Of a stretch of DNA of 64,000 nt, positions 54,797-64,000 are shown in pieces. Both the position numbers and the translations under genes were made by a program. The DNA lies in assembly GCA_963782885.1 (NCBI GenBank), contig CAWALL010000037.1, positions 4,745 through 68,744 on the forward strand, written 5' to 3'. How positions within the stretch are numbered: the first letter of the stretch is position 1; every line of letters starts with the position of its first letter. The notes beneath the pieces were generated by a model that saw nothing but the letters and a program-made list of their open reading frames with translations, searched no databases and was not told the origin of the DNA. Source of the DNA: an uncultured Alphaproteobacteria bacterium (lineage in GTDB: Bacteria > Pseudomonadota > Alphaproteobacteria > Geminicoccales > Geminicoccaceae).

Positions 54797-54852
54797 GCGC
54801 CGCGCCCGCCGCGGCGCGGAGCTCTTCCAACCGTCAGCGCGGAACCCGAGAG

Positions 54853-55941
54853 ATGGCGAGCCTCCGGCCACGCCCCGGCATCCTGGAGATCGAGCCCTAC
54901 GTCGGCGGCCGGTCCGAGATCGCGGGCGCGTCCCGAGTGATCAAGCTGTCGGCAAACGAGTCGGCGATCGGGCCCTCTCCGAGGGCGATCGAGGCCTATC
55001 GGGCGGTCGCTGCGGACATCCACCGCTATCCGGATGGCGATGCGTCGGCGCTACGCGCCGCGATCGGCGAGCGTTTCCAGCTGGATCCGGCGCACATCCT
55101 GTGCGGCGCCGGCTCGGACGAGCTGATCCAGCTGCTGATGCGCGCCTATGCCGGGCCGGGCGACGAGGTGCTGTACAGCGCGCACGGCTTTCTGATGTAC
55201 AAGCTCAGCGCGCTCGGTGTCGGCGCGGTGCCGGTTGCAGCGCCCGAGCGCCGGCTCACGACCGACGTCGACGCACTGCTCGAACGGCTGAACAGCCGCA
55301 CGCGCATGGTCTTCATCGCCAATCCGAACAATCCGACCGGCAGCTATCTTTCGGCCGAAGAGCTCGAGCGCGTGCACGCCGGCCTGCCCGAGGACGTGCT
55401 GCTGGTGATCGATGCGGCTTACGCCGAATACGTCCGCCGCAACGACTACACGGCCGGAATCGAGCTGGTCGATCGCGCCGCCAACGTGGTCATGACCCGC
55501 ACTTTCTCGAAGCTGTTCGGCCTCGCGGCACTCCGACTCGGCTGGCTGTACGGCCCGGCGCACGTAATCGACGTCCTGCAGCGCCTGCGGGGGCCGTTCA
55601 ACGTCGCGACGCCGGCGCAGGTCGCGGGCGTCGCCGCGCTCGAGGACCGGGACCATCAGGAGCGCTCGCGCGCCCACAACGACCGCTGGCTGCCCTGGCT
55701 CACCGAAGCGCTGGCCGGGCTCGGGCTGAAGGTCCACCCGAGCATCGCCAACTTCGTCCTGGTCGAGTTCGCGCCCGAGGGGCCCGGGAGCGCTGCCGCG
55801 GCCAGCGCCTGGCTCGAGCGCCACGGCATCATCGCGCGTCCGATGAGCGCCTATGGCCTGCCGCACTGCCTGCGGATCTCGATCGGGCTCGAAGCTGAGA
55901 ACCGGGCTGTGGCCCAGGCTTTGCGCGAGTTCGTGACGTGA
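54853..55941 (+). CDS. hisC: Histidinol-phosphate aminotransferase
   Basis: ATG 54853 (MASLRPRPGILEIEPYVGG). LSANES, ANPNNPTG, and the PLP lysine in RTFSKLFGLAALRLG. Confidence 0.9.
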   Translation: MASLRPRPGILEIEPYVGGRSEIAGASRVIKLSANESAIGPSPRAIEAYRAVAADIHRYPDGDASALRAAIGERFQLDPAHILCGAGSDELIQLLMRAYAGPGDEVLYSAHGFLMYKLSALGVGAVPVAAPERRLTTDVDALLERLNSRTRMVFIANPNNPTGSYLSAEELERVHAGLPEDVLLVIDAAYAEYVRRNDYTAGIELVDRAANVVMTRTFSKLFGLAALRLGWLYGPAHVIDVLQRLRGPFNVATPAQVAGVAALEDRDHQERSRAHNDRWLPWLTEALAGLGLKVHPSIANFVLVEFAPEGPGSAAAASAWLERHGIIARPMSAYGLPHCLRISIGLEAENRAVAQALREFVT

Positions 55942-56894
55942 CCGGAGCCGGCAAGCCGCCCCGGTTCGAACGGGTCGCGCTGATCGGCATCGGCCTGATC
56001 AACGGCTCGCTCGCCCTCAACCTGCGCGACGCCGGCATTGCCGGCGAGATCGTCGCATGCGCGCGCAGCGAGGAAACGCTGGAGAAAGCCCGGGCGCTCG
56101 GTCTCGCCGACCGCACCACGACCGTGCCGAAAGATGCGGTCGCGGGCTGCGACTTCGTGGTGATCGGGACGCCGCCCGGCGCCGCGGGGCCGGTCGCCGA
56201 GGCGATGGCGCCCGGCCTGGCGCCGGGCGCCATCGTCAGCGACGTGAGCTCGCTCAAGGCCGAGGTGATCCGCGCCGTGGTTCCGCATCTACGCGAGCCC
56301 GAGTGCTTCGTCGGCGCCCATCCGGTCGCCGGCACCGAGCATTCCGGTCCCGAGGCCGCCTTCCTTGCCCTGTTTCGCAATCGCCACTGCATCCTGACCC
56401 CGATCGAGGACACCGATCCCGAGGCGGTCCGGATGGTCGCCGGCGTCTGGCGCGCCGCCGGCTGCATGATCGAGACCATGACGCCCGAGCACCACGACCG
56501 GGTCTTAGCGATCACCTCGCACCTGCCGCATCTGATCGCCTATACGATCGTCGGCACGGTCGCCGATCTCGAGGACCATCTGCAGACCGAGGTGCTGCGC
56601 TACGCCGCCGGTGGTTTCACCGATTTCACCCGGATCGCGGCCTCGGACCCCGTAATGTGGCGGGACGTGTTCCTGAACAACCGCGAGGCGGTGCTCGAGA
56701 TGCTAGGTCGCTTCACCGAGGATCTCGCGGCACTGCAGCGGGCGATCCGCTGGGGCGAGGGCGACAAGCTGTTCGACCTGTTCACGCGTACCCGCGCGAT
56801 CCGCCGCGGCGTGATCGCCGCCGGTCAGGCCTACGACCGCCAGGTGTTGCGTCAGGGAAGCTCGGATGACCCGGATCAACGCCGAAATTCGTAG
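55938..56894 (+). CDS. tyrC: Prephenate/arogenate (cyclohexadienyl) dehydrogenase
   Basis: GTG overlaps the hisC stop (GTGA). Rossmann LIGIGLINGS, then GAHPVAGTEHSG and HDRVLAITSHLPH. Confidence 0.85.
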   Translation: MTGAGKPPRFERVALIGIGLINGSLALNLRDAGIAGEIVACARSEETLEKARALGLADRTTTVPKDAVAGCDFVVIGTPPGAAGPVAEAMAPGLAPGAIVSDVSSLKAEVIRAVVPHLREPECFVGAHPVAGTEHSGPEAAFLALFRNRHCILTPIEDTDPEAVRMVAGVWRAAGCMIETMTPEHHDRVLAITSHLPHLIAYTIVGTVADLEDHLQTEVLRYAAGGFTDFTRIAASDPVMWRDVFLNNREAVLEMLGRFTEDLAALQRAIRWGEGDKLFDLFTRTRAIRRGVIAAGQAYDRQVLRQGSSDDPDQRRNS

Positions 56895-57495
56895 CTATTT
56901 CGCGACCCCGGTGGTGGTCGCGACACTCCCGGACGCCGAGGCGCTCAATCGCGAGCTCAGGCGGATCATCCTCGAGCGCGAGCAGCAGGAGGAGAGCGTC
57001 CAGCACAGCAACCTCGGCGGCTGGCAGTCGAGCTGGGACTTCGAGGGCTGGGGCGGGGCCCCGGCCAGGCGGCTGCTCGAGGGCGCGCGCGAGCTCGCGA
57101 CCCGGATGACTTCCGACCGGGCCGGCCGGCCGGTGCGGATCGACTGGAAGAGCAACGCCTGGGCCAACGTCAACCGCAAGGGCCACGGCAACGAGTTCCA
57201 CACCCACCCCGGCGCCTACTGGTCGGGCACCTACTACGTCGACGACGGCGGGATCGGCGACGATCACGAGCTGGACGGCGCCTTCGAGATGCAGGATCCG
57301 CGCGGCGTCGCGCCGGCGATGTACGCGCCGCGCCTGGGCTTTGCCGTGCCCGGCGGTCAGTCGGCCGGCGCCAGCGAGCTGATCTTCCCCAAGAGCGGTC
57401 AGCTGATCCTGTTCCCGTCCTGGCTTCAGCATGCGGTCCGGCCCTACCTCGGCGACCGGATGCGGATTTCGGTGGCCTTCAATTTCAGCCTCTGA
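56866..57495 (+). CDS. TIGR02466-like putative 2OG-Fe(II) oxygenase-fold protein
   Basis: 209 aa. GGWQS...[27 protein letters not shown]...[14 protein letters not shown]...RISVAFN pattern. Confidence 0.7.
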   Translation: MTRINAEIRSYFATPVVVATLPDAEALNRELRRIILEREQQEESVQHSNLGGWQSSWDFEGWGGAPARRLLEGARELATRMTSDRAGRPVRIDWKSNAWANVNRKGHGNEFHTHPGAYWSGTYYVDDGGIGDDHELDGAFEMQDPRGVAPAMYAPRLGFAVPGGQSAGASELIFPKSGQLILFPSWLQHAVRPYLGDRMRISVAFNFSL

Positions 57496-58022
57496 GCGCC
57501 TGGCTGCGGCCGACGCCCGGGTCTGGGTGTTCGCCTACGGCTCGCTAATGTGGCGGCCCGGTTTCGAGCACGAGCAGGTGCTGGACGCCTGGCTGCACGG
57601 CTACCACCGCAGCCTCTGTGTCTATTCGTGGGTCCACCGCGGCACGCGCGAGCGACCGGGCCTGGTCCTGGGCTTGGACCGGGGCGGCTCCTGCCGCGGC
57701 CGTGCGCTCGCGGTCGCCCAGGAGCGGGAGGAGCGACGTGCTGCGCTATCTGGACGCCCGCGAGCTGGTGACCAACGTCTATCGGCGCAGGCTCCTCTAT
57801 GTGACCACGGCCGCCGGCCGTCTGCCGGCCTGGGGCTACGTCGTGCGCCGCGGGCACGAGCAATACGCCGGCAAGCTCGATACGGCGCGGGCGCTCGAGC
57901 TGGTCCGGCACGGCCACGGTCAGTCCGGCGCCTGTCGCGACTATCTGGTCAGCACGGTCACCCACCTCGAGGAGCTCGGCATCCTCGACGGGCCGCTGCA
58001 TGCGCTCACCAAGGAACTCTGA
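57431..58022 (+). pseudogene. chaC: ChaC-family gamma-glutamylcyclotransferase, frameshifted
   Basis: [15 protein letters not shown]...[45 protein letters not shown] is in one frame. [21 protein letters not shown]...YAGKLD...[20 protein letters not shown] is in another. They switch at about 57734. The true start is uncertain. Confidence 0.7.
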
Positions 58023-58027
58023 GGATT

Positions 58028-58333
58028 CTAAGGCTCCCCCGTGACCTCGACGTAGAGCGCCTGGGCCTCGCTCGCGGGGCCGCGGCGGGTGCCCAGCGCC
58101 AGCACCCGGACCACCCGCACCGCGCGGCCCTGGGGGAAGGTCAGGACGTCGCCCGGTCGCACCCGGTAGTGGGGCTTCGCGACCAGCATCGAGTTGATCC
58201 GGATCTTGCGCCGGCCGGCGAGTTCGGCCGCCAGCGCCCGGGTCTTGAAAAAGCGCGCCTGCCAGAGCCACTTGTCGAGCCGGAGCCCATCCTCCGCCGC
58301 GGGGTCGGCGACCGGCGAAACGGGCCCGCTCAT
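58028..58333 (-). CDS. RNA-binding S4 domain protein (Hsp15/HslR-like)
   Basis: 101 aa. [32 protein letters not shown]. Its start overlaps the helicase 3' end. Confidence 0.85.
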   Translation of the reverse strand: MSGPVSPVADPAAEDGLRLDKWLWQARFFKTRALAAELAGRRKIRINSMLVAKPHYRVRPGDVLTFPQGRAVRVVRVLALGTRRGPASEAQALYVEVTGEP

Positions 58334-60822
58334 CCGCTCAGGCGAAGCCCGCGCAACGCTGCGAACGGAGAGCCGCCGGAGCCGGTCTGCCCCCGGCGGC
58401 GGGCATGCCGGGGCGGCTGCCCGCGCCGGCGGACATAGCGCTCGTCCTCCTGCCGGCCGTAGCCCAGAGCCTCGATCACCGGCGCCAGATCGGCGCGCTC
58501 GAGCGTAGTCAACGCCAAAAGCTCCGGCTCGATCGCGAACGGACCCTGGCGGACGAGCGCGCGCAGCCGTGCGGCCAGCCGCTCGAGCACGTCGACCCGG
58601 AGGCAGACGGGACCGAAGGCCTCGAAGCCGATCGCCTCGGCGAAGCCCTGCGGCAGGTCCGATCCTGGCAGGGTCGGGCACCCGGAGGCCGGTGGTGCGA
58701 GGCCGAGTGCCCGGTGGTGCACCGACCAGAGCCGGGCGCGAAGCTCGACCGCAGCGGGCTTGAGCATCGCCGGCAGATAGACGTGGCGGGTGCCGAAGCG
58801 CACGCCGAGACGGGTCAGATGCGCCCGGTCGGCCGCGCCGAGCCCGTTCAGGACCGGGCGCGCAGCGGCGGTCCGGACGTTGCCCAAGCCCTCGACCAGC
58901 AGGAAGGCGAGGCCGCGTCCGGGGCCGTCGAGCCCGGCCGCCTGCAGGCGCCGGAGCGGCCGCATCCGCGTCCGCAAATGGGCGTCGAGCCATTGGGCGA
59001 GGCGTTGGCGGACGGCGGCGCGCGCGGCGCTGCTCAAGCTGTCCGCGGCCAGCACCTCGAGCCGGGGCGCGAGCGCCGTGGCGCCCGGCAGCAGCCGGCC
59101 CACCGGCGCGGCATTGCGCGCGCCGCCGTAGCGCCAGGTGATCGAGCCACGCTCGGCGAGCGCAAAGGCGTCGTCCGCGGCCCCGATCAGCGCCTTCGCC
59201 CGCCGCTTCAGCTCGGGCACGAGGACGCGCCGGGCGGCGCTGCTGAGCGCCCGCCGCTCGGCATCGGCAGCACCCGGCTCGAGCACGTACGCGAGACCCT
59301 CGAGGCGACCGACCGCTTGGCCGTCGACCAGGATCGCGCCGTCGTCCTCGACCGCGGCCAGTTCCTCGCCGTTGTGCAGACCCTTGAGCAGCATCTGGGT
59401 CCGCCGGTCGACGAACCGTTGGGTCAGGCGATCGTGCAGGGCGTCGCTCAAGCCGTCCTCGACGGCGCGCGTCCGCTCCTGCCAGTGCACCGCGTCGCGC
59501 AGCCAGTCGGCGTGATGGGCGACGTAGGTCCAGGTCCGGATGTGGGCGAGGCGCGCGATCAGGGCGTCGATGTCGCCGTCGGTCCGCTCCAGGCGCGCGA
59601 CCTGATCGGCGACCCAATCGGTCGGCAAGCGGCCCTGGTCCGCCAGATGGCCGAACACGGTCGCCAGCAGATGCAGGTGGGCCTCGGTCAGCGTCTTGCG
59701 GAAATCCGGGATCTGGCAGACCGCCCAGAGCAGGCGGACGCCGGCGGGCGTGGGCGCGCGCTCGCGCACTTCGGCACGCCGGCTCAGGACCTTGAGGCTG
59801 ACGTGGTCGAGCGCGTTGCCGGTCCGCAGCAGACAGGGCGCAGGTGGCGGCGCATCGAGCGAGGCGAGCAGACCGTCGAGCGAGCCGAGGTCGAGCGCCG
59901 TACTCCGCCAGCGTAGCTGCCGGAGTGCCGGGAAATCGTGCCCCTCGACCGCCTCGATGGTCCTGGGATCGAGGCCGCCGACGTCCAGCGTGGTGCCGAA
60001 GGTGCCATCCTGCATGTGGCGCCCGGCGCGGCCGGCGATCTGGGCGATCTCGGGCGCGTACAGCGGCCGCCGCTCCTGGCCGTCGAATTTGATCAGGCTC
60101 GCGAGCGCGACGTGGCCGACGTCCATGTTGAGGCCCATGCCGATCGCATCGGTCGCGATCAGATAGTCGACCTCACCCGCCTGGTAGAGGGCGACCTGGG
60201 CGTTGCGGGTGCGCGGGCTGAGCGCGCCAAGCACGACCGCGGCCCCGCCCCGCTGCCGGCGGACCAGCTCGGCGAGCGCGTAGACGTCCTCGGCGGTGAA
60301 CGCCACCACCGCGCTCCGGCGCGGCAGCCGGGTAACCTTGGCGGGCGGCGCGTAGGTCAGGGAGGAAAACCGCGGCCGCGTGATCACCTCGGCCTCGGGG
60401 ATCAGCTGCTTCAGGAGCGGCCGGATCGTGTCGGCGCCAAGGAACATGGTTTCGTCCCGGCCGCGCGCGCGCAACAGCCGGTCGGTGAACACGTGGCCGC
60501 GCTCGGGGTCGGCACAGAGCTGGATCTCATCGACCGCGAGGAAGCTGGGCTCGAGGTCCTCGGGCATCGCCTCGACGGTCGCGACGAAATAGCGGGCGGA
60601 AGGGGGCTGGATCCGCTCTTCGCCGGTGATCAGCGCGGTCGCGGCAGCCCCTTTATCGGCGACGATCCGGTCGTAGATCTCGCGCGCCAGCAGGCGCAGC
60701 GGACAGCCGATCAGGCCGCTTCGATGGGCCAACATCCGCTCGACCGCGAAATGGGTCTTGCCGGTGTTGGTCGGCCCGAGCACGGCGAGCACGCGCGAGG
60801 ATTCGGACGGCAGCAGCGCCAT
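58330..60822 (-). CDS. Suv3-like helicase-related protein
   Basis: 830 aa. Walker [13 protein letters not shown] box (AVDEIQL), TDAIGMGLN, and QIAGRAGR motif VI. Long C-terminal extension. Confidence 0.85.
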   Translation of the reverse strand: MALLPSESSRVLAVLGPTNTGKTHFAVERMLAHRSGLIGCPLRLLAREIYDRIVADKGAAATALITGEERIQPPSARYFVATVEAMPEDLEPSFLAVDEIQLCADPERGHVFTDRLLRARGRDETMFLGADTIRPLLKQLIPEAEVITRPRFSSLTYAPPAKVTRLPRRSAVVAFTAEDVYALAELVRRQRGGAAVVLGALSPRTRNAQVALYQAGEVDYLIATDAIGMGLNMDVGHVALASLIKFDGQERRPLYAPEIAQIAGRAGRHMQDGTFGTTLDVGGLDPRTIEAVEGHDFPALRQLRWRSTALDLGSLDGLLASLDAPPPAPCLLRTGNALDHVSLKVLSRRAEVRERAPTPAGVRLLWAVCQIPDFRKTLTEAHLHLLATVFGHLADQGRLPTDWVADQVARLERTDGDIDALIARLAHIRTWTYVAHHADWLRDAVHWQERTRAVEDGLSDALHDRLTQRFVDRRTQMLLKGLHNGEELAAVEDDGAILVDGQAVGRLEGLAYVLEPGAADAERRALSSAARRVLVPELKRRAKALIGAADDAFALAERGSITWRYGGARNAAPVGRLLPGATALAPRLEVLAADSLSSAARAAVRQRLAQWLDAHLRTRMRPLRRLQAAGLDGPGRGLAFLLVEGLGNVRTAAARPVLNGLGAADRAHLTRLGVRFGTRHVYLPAMLKPAAVELRARLWSVHHRALGLAPPASGCPTLPGSDLPQGFAEAIGFEAFGPVCLRVDVLERLAARLRALVRQGPFAIEPELLALTTLERADLAPVIEALGYGRQEDERYVRRRGQPPRHARRRGQTGSGGSPFAALRGLRLSG

Positions 60823-60904
60823 GCTTCAACTATGCGAACGCCGGATGGCCTTGACAAGGGGCGCGATCGGCGTTCGCCACCTGGGTATGCTGTCCAGGCT
60901 TTGA

Positions 60905-63235
60905 CTAGCGGGGCGCCTGGGCGACGCGCGCTGCGGAACCCTGGTCGTTGTCTGCGGTGAGCGGCGTCGTGTTGGGGCAGCCCCAGCGATCCTGCTCGTC
61001 ATCGACCGGCTGACCCCGAAGCAGCTTCAGGACGGCCTGCAGGTTGGCCCGGTTGCGGGCGGAAATCCCATCGTCGGCGCCAGCGCCCGCGAGCCCGAGC
61101 TGCCGCCGCATCTCGGCGCGCGCGAGCTTGGAGAGCGCCCAGCCGAGTGGCAGGGGGGCTCTCTGCGCGGCCGCCGGTCCGACCTGATCGGGCTTGCGGC
61201 AGAGCCGGAAATGGACGTGCCACTGCGGACCGACCCGAGCTTCCAAATCCTCGCGCGCCTGAAAGCCGCGCCCCGAGCGGACGTGCAGCAGCGTCTTGAC
61301 CGGCGCCACGACCTGGTTCAGCACCTTACGCCGCTCCTCGAGGTCGGTGGCGTCGGTCACCTCGGGATCGTTGCTGATGTGGATGACCACCGGCCGTATC
61401 TCCGGGCGGCTTTGGTCATCCTCCCGCAGCCTGTCGTTCTCGGTGCGGACCAGGCGCAGGATCTCGGCCGCGGTCACCGCGCCCGAATTCTCGAAATAGC
61501 CGCCGTCGACCAGCCGCAACCAGCGCTCCGGATGGTCGCGCCAGCGCACGGTGCCGGCCGGGCTCACGTACGTGAAGCGGGCGCTGTCGTGCACGGCCGT
61601 GCTGAGCGGGATCGTCCGGCCCACGACCTCGCGGCCGTCGAGCGCCTCGCTGAAGGTCGGCTCCTCGATTCGGATCGGGGCGGCGATCAGCCGCTGGCCG
61701 GTCTCGACCACCGTGCTGTTCAGGAACAGCAGCGGTACGCCGGTGACGCCGCTCGTCCAGAGGGCATCGTAGCGCCTGCTCAGCCACTCGTTCTGCTCAC
61801 AGCCATCCCATGCCGCCTCGAAGGCGTGCTCGATCGCGACCGCGCGGTCGTTGAGGAAGGCGTAGGGCACGAACTGCTGGAACAGGTCCGGGAACAGCAT
61901 GACCGCGACGGTCGGTGACAGGAAGTCGTGGTCGAGCACGCCCTCCGCGCGCAGACGCACGCTGCTGCGCTCGCCGCCGCCGTCGACCGGACAGTCCCCG
62001 GTCGCGTTCGGCGCGACGCCGCGGTTCGCGACCAGGGCGGCAAAGGTCGCAGCGCCAAGCGAGCCGCCGGAGACGCCGCTGATCGCGAACACGTGGCGGG
62101 CGAAGTCAAGACCGGCGGCGGCCGCCTCGTCCTGGAGTTCGCCGAGCACGAGCGCCGTCCAGTATGCAGCACGGATGCCGCCGCCTTCGGCCGCGACGAT
62201 GATCACCTGGATTTTGCCGTCGGCGGCCGGCTGCAGGCCTTCCAGCCAGGCGCGGAAGGCGACCCCCGGATCAGGCGCGGGCGCGACCGCAGCCACCGGC
62301 GCTGCGGCCGCCGCCTCGAGCGGCGCATGCGTGTCCTCGGGCGGCGGATAGGAGTCGCTACCGGCGCTCAGCCGGACGTAGTGGTTGTCCGCGACCCAGC
62401 TCGAGATTGCGGCCCAGACCAGAACCAGCGTCACCACCGGCAGGCGCGCGCGGTTGCCGCCGTAAACCAGCAGCGTGCCGAGCGGGATCAGGCCGAGCAT
62501 GGCGGCTAGACCGACCGCCGCGGTCCCGATCTTGTGCGCCAGCCATACCGCCTGGTACGCGAATACGATCATCAGCGCGAAGCCAGCGGCGCCCGCCAGC
62601 GCCAGCGGCAGCCAGGCCTGCCAGTGCAGCTCGCGCAGCGAGCGCAGGCCTTCGGGCCGAGGCCCATAGAGCCTGAACCAATCCCGGCGTTTGGCGGCGA
62701 GATACACGAACACGGCTGCGAGCACCAGGAACAGGAGCGCCAGTCCGAACAGCCACAGCGCCGGGCCGGCGAACAGGCTGTCGTAGCTCGAGCCGGCGGT
62801 GACGAGCGCAATCGCCACCAGGACTAGCGCCGATGCGCCGATCGCCCGCGGCAGGTGCTCCTTGACTCTCGGGCACACAGTCGGCGCGGAGGCGGGGTTG
62901 TGGAACCGGAAATAGAACATGACGCGCGCCGACCACCAGGCGACACCGGCGCTCGCGACCGTCGTGGCGATCAGCCAGACGATCCGCCGGTCCGGATCCT
63001 CGCCGAGCGCGCGGACGACGTCCTGGGCCTGATCGTTCAGGACCAGCACCAAACCGCCGATCACGCCCAAAAGCAGACTGAAGCGCACCAGGAGGAGCAC
63101 CTGATAGAGCGTGCACAGCTCTCTCCACGTGTGCGCAGCCCACCCGACGAAATGGTGTCGGCGTAGGCCAAGCTCGTCGGCGCGGGCCGGCTTTGCGCCG
63201 GCTGCGTGCTGGGAAGCGAAATGCCCGGTCGCCAT
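60905..63235 (-). CDS. Patatin-like phospholipase with polytopic N-terminal membrane domain
   Basis: ATG 63235 is preceded by GGAGG (the ORF opens at 63265). The first ~330 aa hold about 7-8 hydrophobic segments. Then the oxyanion motif AEGGGIRAAY, the lipase serine GVSGGS, and the catalytic Asp in VDGGYFENSG. Confidence 0.8.
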   Translation of the reverse strand: MATGHFASQHAAGAKPARADELGLRRHHFVGWAAHTWRELCTLYQVLLLVRFSLLLGVIGGLVLVLNDQAQDVVRALGEDPDRRIVWLIATTVASAGVAWWSARVMFYFRFHNPASAPTVCPRVKEHLPRAIGASALVLVAIALVTAGSSYDSLFAGPALWLFGLALLFLVLAAVFVYLAAKRRDWFRLYGPRPEGLRSLRELHWQAWLPLALAGAAGFALMIVFAYQAVWLAHKIGTAAVGLAAMLGLIPLGTLLVYGGNRARLPVVTLVLVWAAISSWVADNHYVRLSAGSDSYPPPEDTHAPLEAAAAAPVAAVAPAPDPGVAFRAWLEGLQPAADGKIQVIIVAAEGGGIRAAYWTALVLGELQDEAAAAGLDFARHVFAISGVSGGSLGAATFAALVANRGVAPNATGDCPVDGGGERSSVRLRAEGVLDHDFLSPTVAVMLFPDLFQQFVPYAFLNDRAVAIEHAFEAAWDGCEQNEWLSRRYDALWTSGVTGVPLLFLNSTVVETGQRLIAAPIRIEEPTFSEALDGREVVGRTIPLSTAVHDSARFTYVSPAGTVRWRDHPERWLRLVDGGYFENSGAVTAAEILRLVRTENDRLREDDQSRPEIRPVVIHISNDPEVTDATDLEERRKVLNQVVAPVKTLLHVRSGRGFQAREDLEARVGPQWHVHFRLCRKPDQVGPAAAQRAPLPLGWALSKLARAEMRRQLGLAGAGADDGISARNRANLQAVLKLLRGQPVDDEQDRWGCPNTTPLTADNDQGSAARVAQAPR

Positions 63236-63406
63236 ATTCGAATGCCTCCATGCATAATAATCCAACCGTAAGGCGATGCAGAGTAGCGCCCGACCGGGAC
63301 GCCGTCCAGAACCGCGTAATGCCTTGATGAAGGCAGCCGGTCGAGACCGGCTGATTGCGCAGCAGCTGGCCGGCAGCTCGCCTGCGGGCCGCCGGCTCGA
63401 TCACGC

Positions 63407-63838
63407 CTACAGGCGGAGCAGGGCGAGGCCGGTCTCGGGGTCCGAGCGGCGCTGGAGATGGGCCGGCAATTCGGTGACGATCACTTCGAGCGTGGGCCGG
63501 ACGTGGCCTTCCAGCAGGTGGCCGCCGTGCGCCGTGCCGTCGGCCTTGCCGACCACGATGTGCGGGTGCAGCTTGGGCTCGCCGTTCTTGAGCGCGACAT
63601 TGCCGGTCAGCGCCAGCACCTCGACCTGCTCGTCGATCGGAATCCGCCGGTAGTCCTTGTTCTGCCAGTCGAAGTAGCCGAGCACGACATCGCTCAGCGC
63701 CCCGAGGCCGGTAAACTCGGCGGCCGAGAGGTCTTCCGCCTTGGCGAAGGCCAAAAGGTTCTCGAGCACCTCGTCGCCCTTGTCGAAGACCACGGCGAAG
63801 GTGCGCTGCGGGGCATCATTGATGAGCTTGGTCTTCAT
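63407..63838 (-). CDS. PPC (DUF296) domain DNA-binding protein
   Basis: ATG 63838 with AGAGGAG RBS. FAVVFDKGDEVLENLLAFAK...ALTGNVAL...PKLHPHIVVGKADGTAHGGHLLEGHVRPTLEV. Confidence 0.8.
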   Translation of the reverse strand: MKTKLINDAPQRTFAVVFDKGDEVLENLLAFAKAEDLSAAEFTGLGALSDVVLGYFDWQNKDYRRIPIDEQVEVLALTGNVALKNGEPKLHPHIVVGKADGTAHGGHLLEGHVRPTLEVIVTELPAHLQRRSDPETGLALLRL

Positions 63839-63873
63839 GGCGGTCTCCTCTGCGCGCGGGTCTCGGAGCGTCG

Positions 63874-64000
63874 TCAATCGTGGGCGTAGGCGATCGTGCT
63901 GACGAGCGCGAGCTCGGACTGGCGGGAGTCCAGCCGGGTGTGCTGGACAACGATCGGCACGTCGGAATCGATCACGCTGGCGTAGTCGGTATCCCTCGGA
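63874..64000 (-). CDS. Sensory-rhodopsin-transducer (ASRT) family protein, 3' end only
   Basis: The last 41 codons translate to PRDTDYASVIDSDVPIVVQHTRLDSRQSELALVSTIAYAHD. This closely matches the conserved C-terminus of ASRT-family proteins as I recall it (Anabaena ASRT ...DTDFASVIQSNVPIVVQHTRLDSRQAENALLSTIAYA). Confidence 0.8.
   Translation of the reverse strand, partial: PRDTDYASVIDSDVPIVVQHTRLDSRQSELALVSTIAYAHD

Noticed and set aside
58028-59916. Long ORFs 58028-59617 (minus) and 58405-59916 (plus) over the helicase gene
   Set aside because: Only the last 101 codons of the first (the S4-domain protein) are credible. The rest is Arg-rich out-of-frame or antisense reading of the helicase CDS.
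58028-63235. Interpreting patatin + helicase + S4 protein as a three-gene anti-phage defence system
   Set aside because: To my knowledge the Suv3-like helicase / S4-domain pair is a conserved housekeeping pair in alphaproteobacteria. Only the patatin gene is unusual. Co-transcription is unproven, so no system is claimed.
1-64000. tRNA, rRNA, CRISPR arrays, intact IS elements or transposases
   Set aside because: None recognised on either strand. No T-loop/GTTCGAATC-like tRNA cores or repeat-spacer arrays were noticed, and no transposase-like ORF. This was visual inspection only, so short or degenerate elements could have been missed.

Overview
Strongly GC-rich, alphaproteobacterium-like chromosomal segment, gene-dense on both strands. 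I saw no rRNA, tRNA, CRISPR array or intact IS element. Gene content in order:
- Tail of a sugar ABC importer (SBP plus 2 permeases).
- An orphan chrB, divergent from PepSY, DUF1259 and a 3'-truncated beta-propeller gene.
- A GT2 glycosyltransferase.
- A tightly translationally coupled minus-strand [NiFe]-hydrogenase maturation operon: endopeptidase, 40-aa membrane ORF, hypF, hypC, SIS/GmhA-like, hypD, hypE, hypA, hypB. Its upstream side carries no hydrogenase structural genes. It carries broken remnants instead: a frameshifted hydrogenase-associated gene, a response-regulator stub and a multiply disrupted PAS histidine kinase.
- Hopanoid side-chain genes hpnA-hpnI-hpnJ-hpnK, followed by a STAS-MlaE/MlaF/MlaD/lipoprotein lipid-transport set.
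- An orphan peptide-type ABC permease pair.
- leuS-lptE-holA.
- A DUF3576 lipoprotein plus two porin-like genes.
- A cupin/JmjC gene and yggS.
- modABC-mop with a Mo-box operator, and an internally deleted MoeA-PBP fusion gene.
- DUF72.
- A low-GC islet encoding a PDZ lipoprotein.
- EVE (frameshifted), YciI and adenine deaminase.
- A TPP riboswitch driving a thiZXY-type ABC transporter.
- gloB, a methyltransferase, metX-metW, chorismate mutase-hisC-tyrC, a TIGR02466-like protein and chaC (frameshifted).
- An S4/Suv3-like helicase pair, a polytopic-membrane patatin-like phospholipase, a PPC/DUF296 protein and the 3' end of an ASRT-family gene.

Most notable observations:
- The orphaned, decaying group-1h-like hydrogenase locus with intact hyp genes.
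- The unusually high density of disrupted genes. This could be true decay or indel errors in the assembly.
- The hpn-Mla juxtaposition.
- The low-GC islet.
- The membrane-anchored patatin.

All calls come from reading the translations and the sequence by eye. No database search was run.
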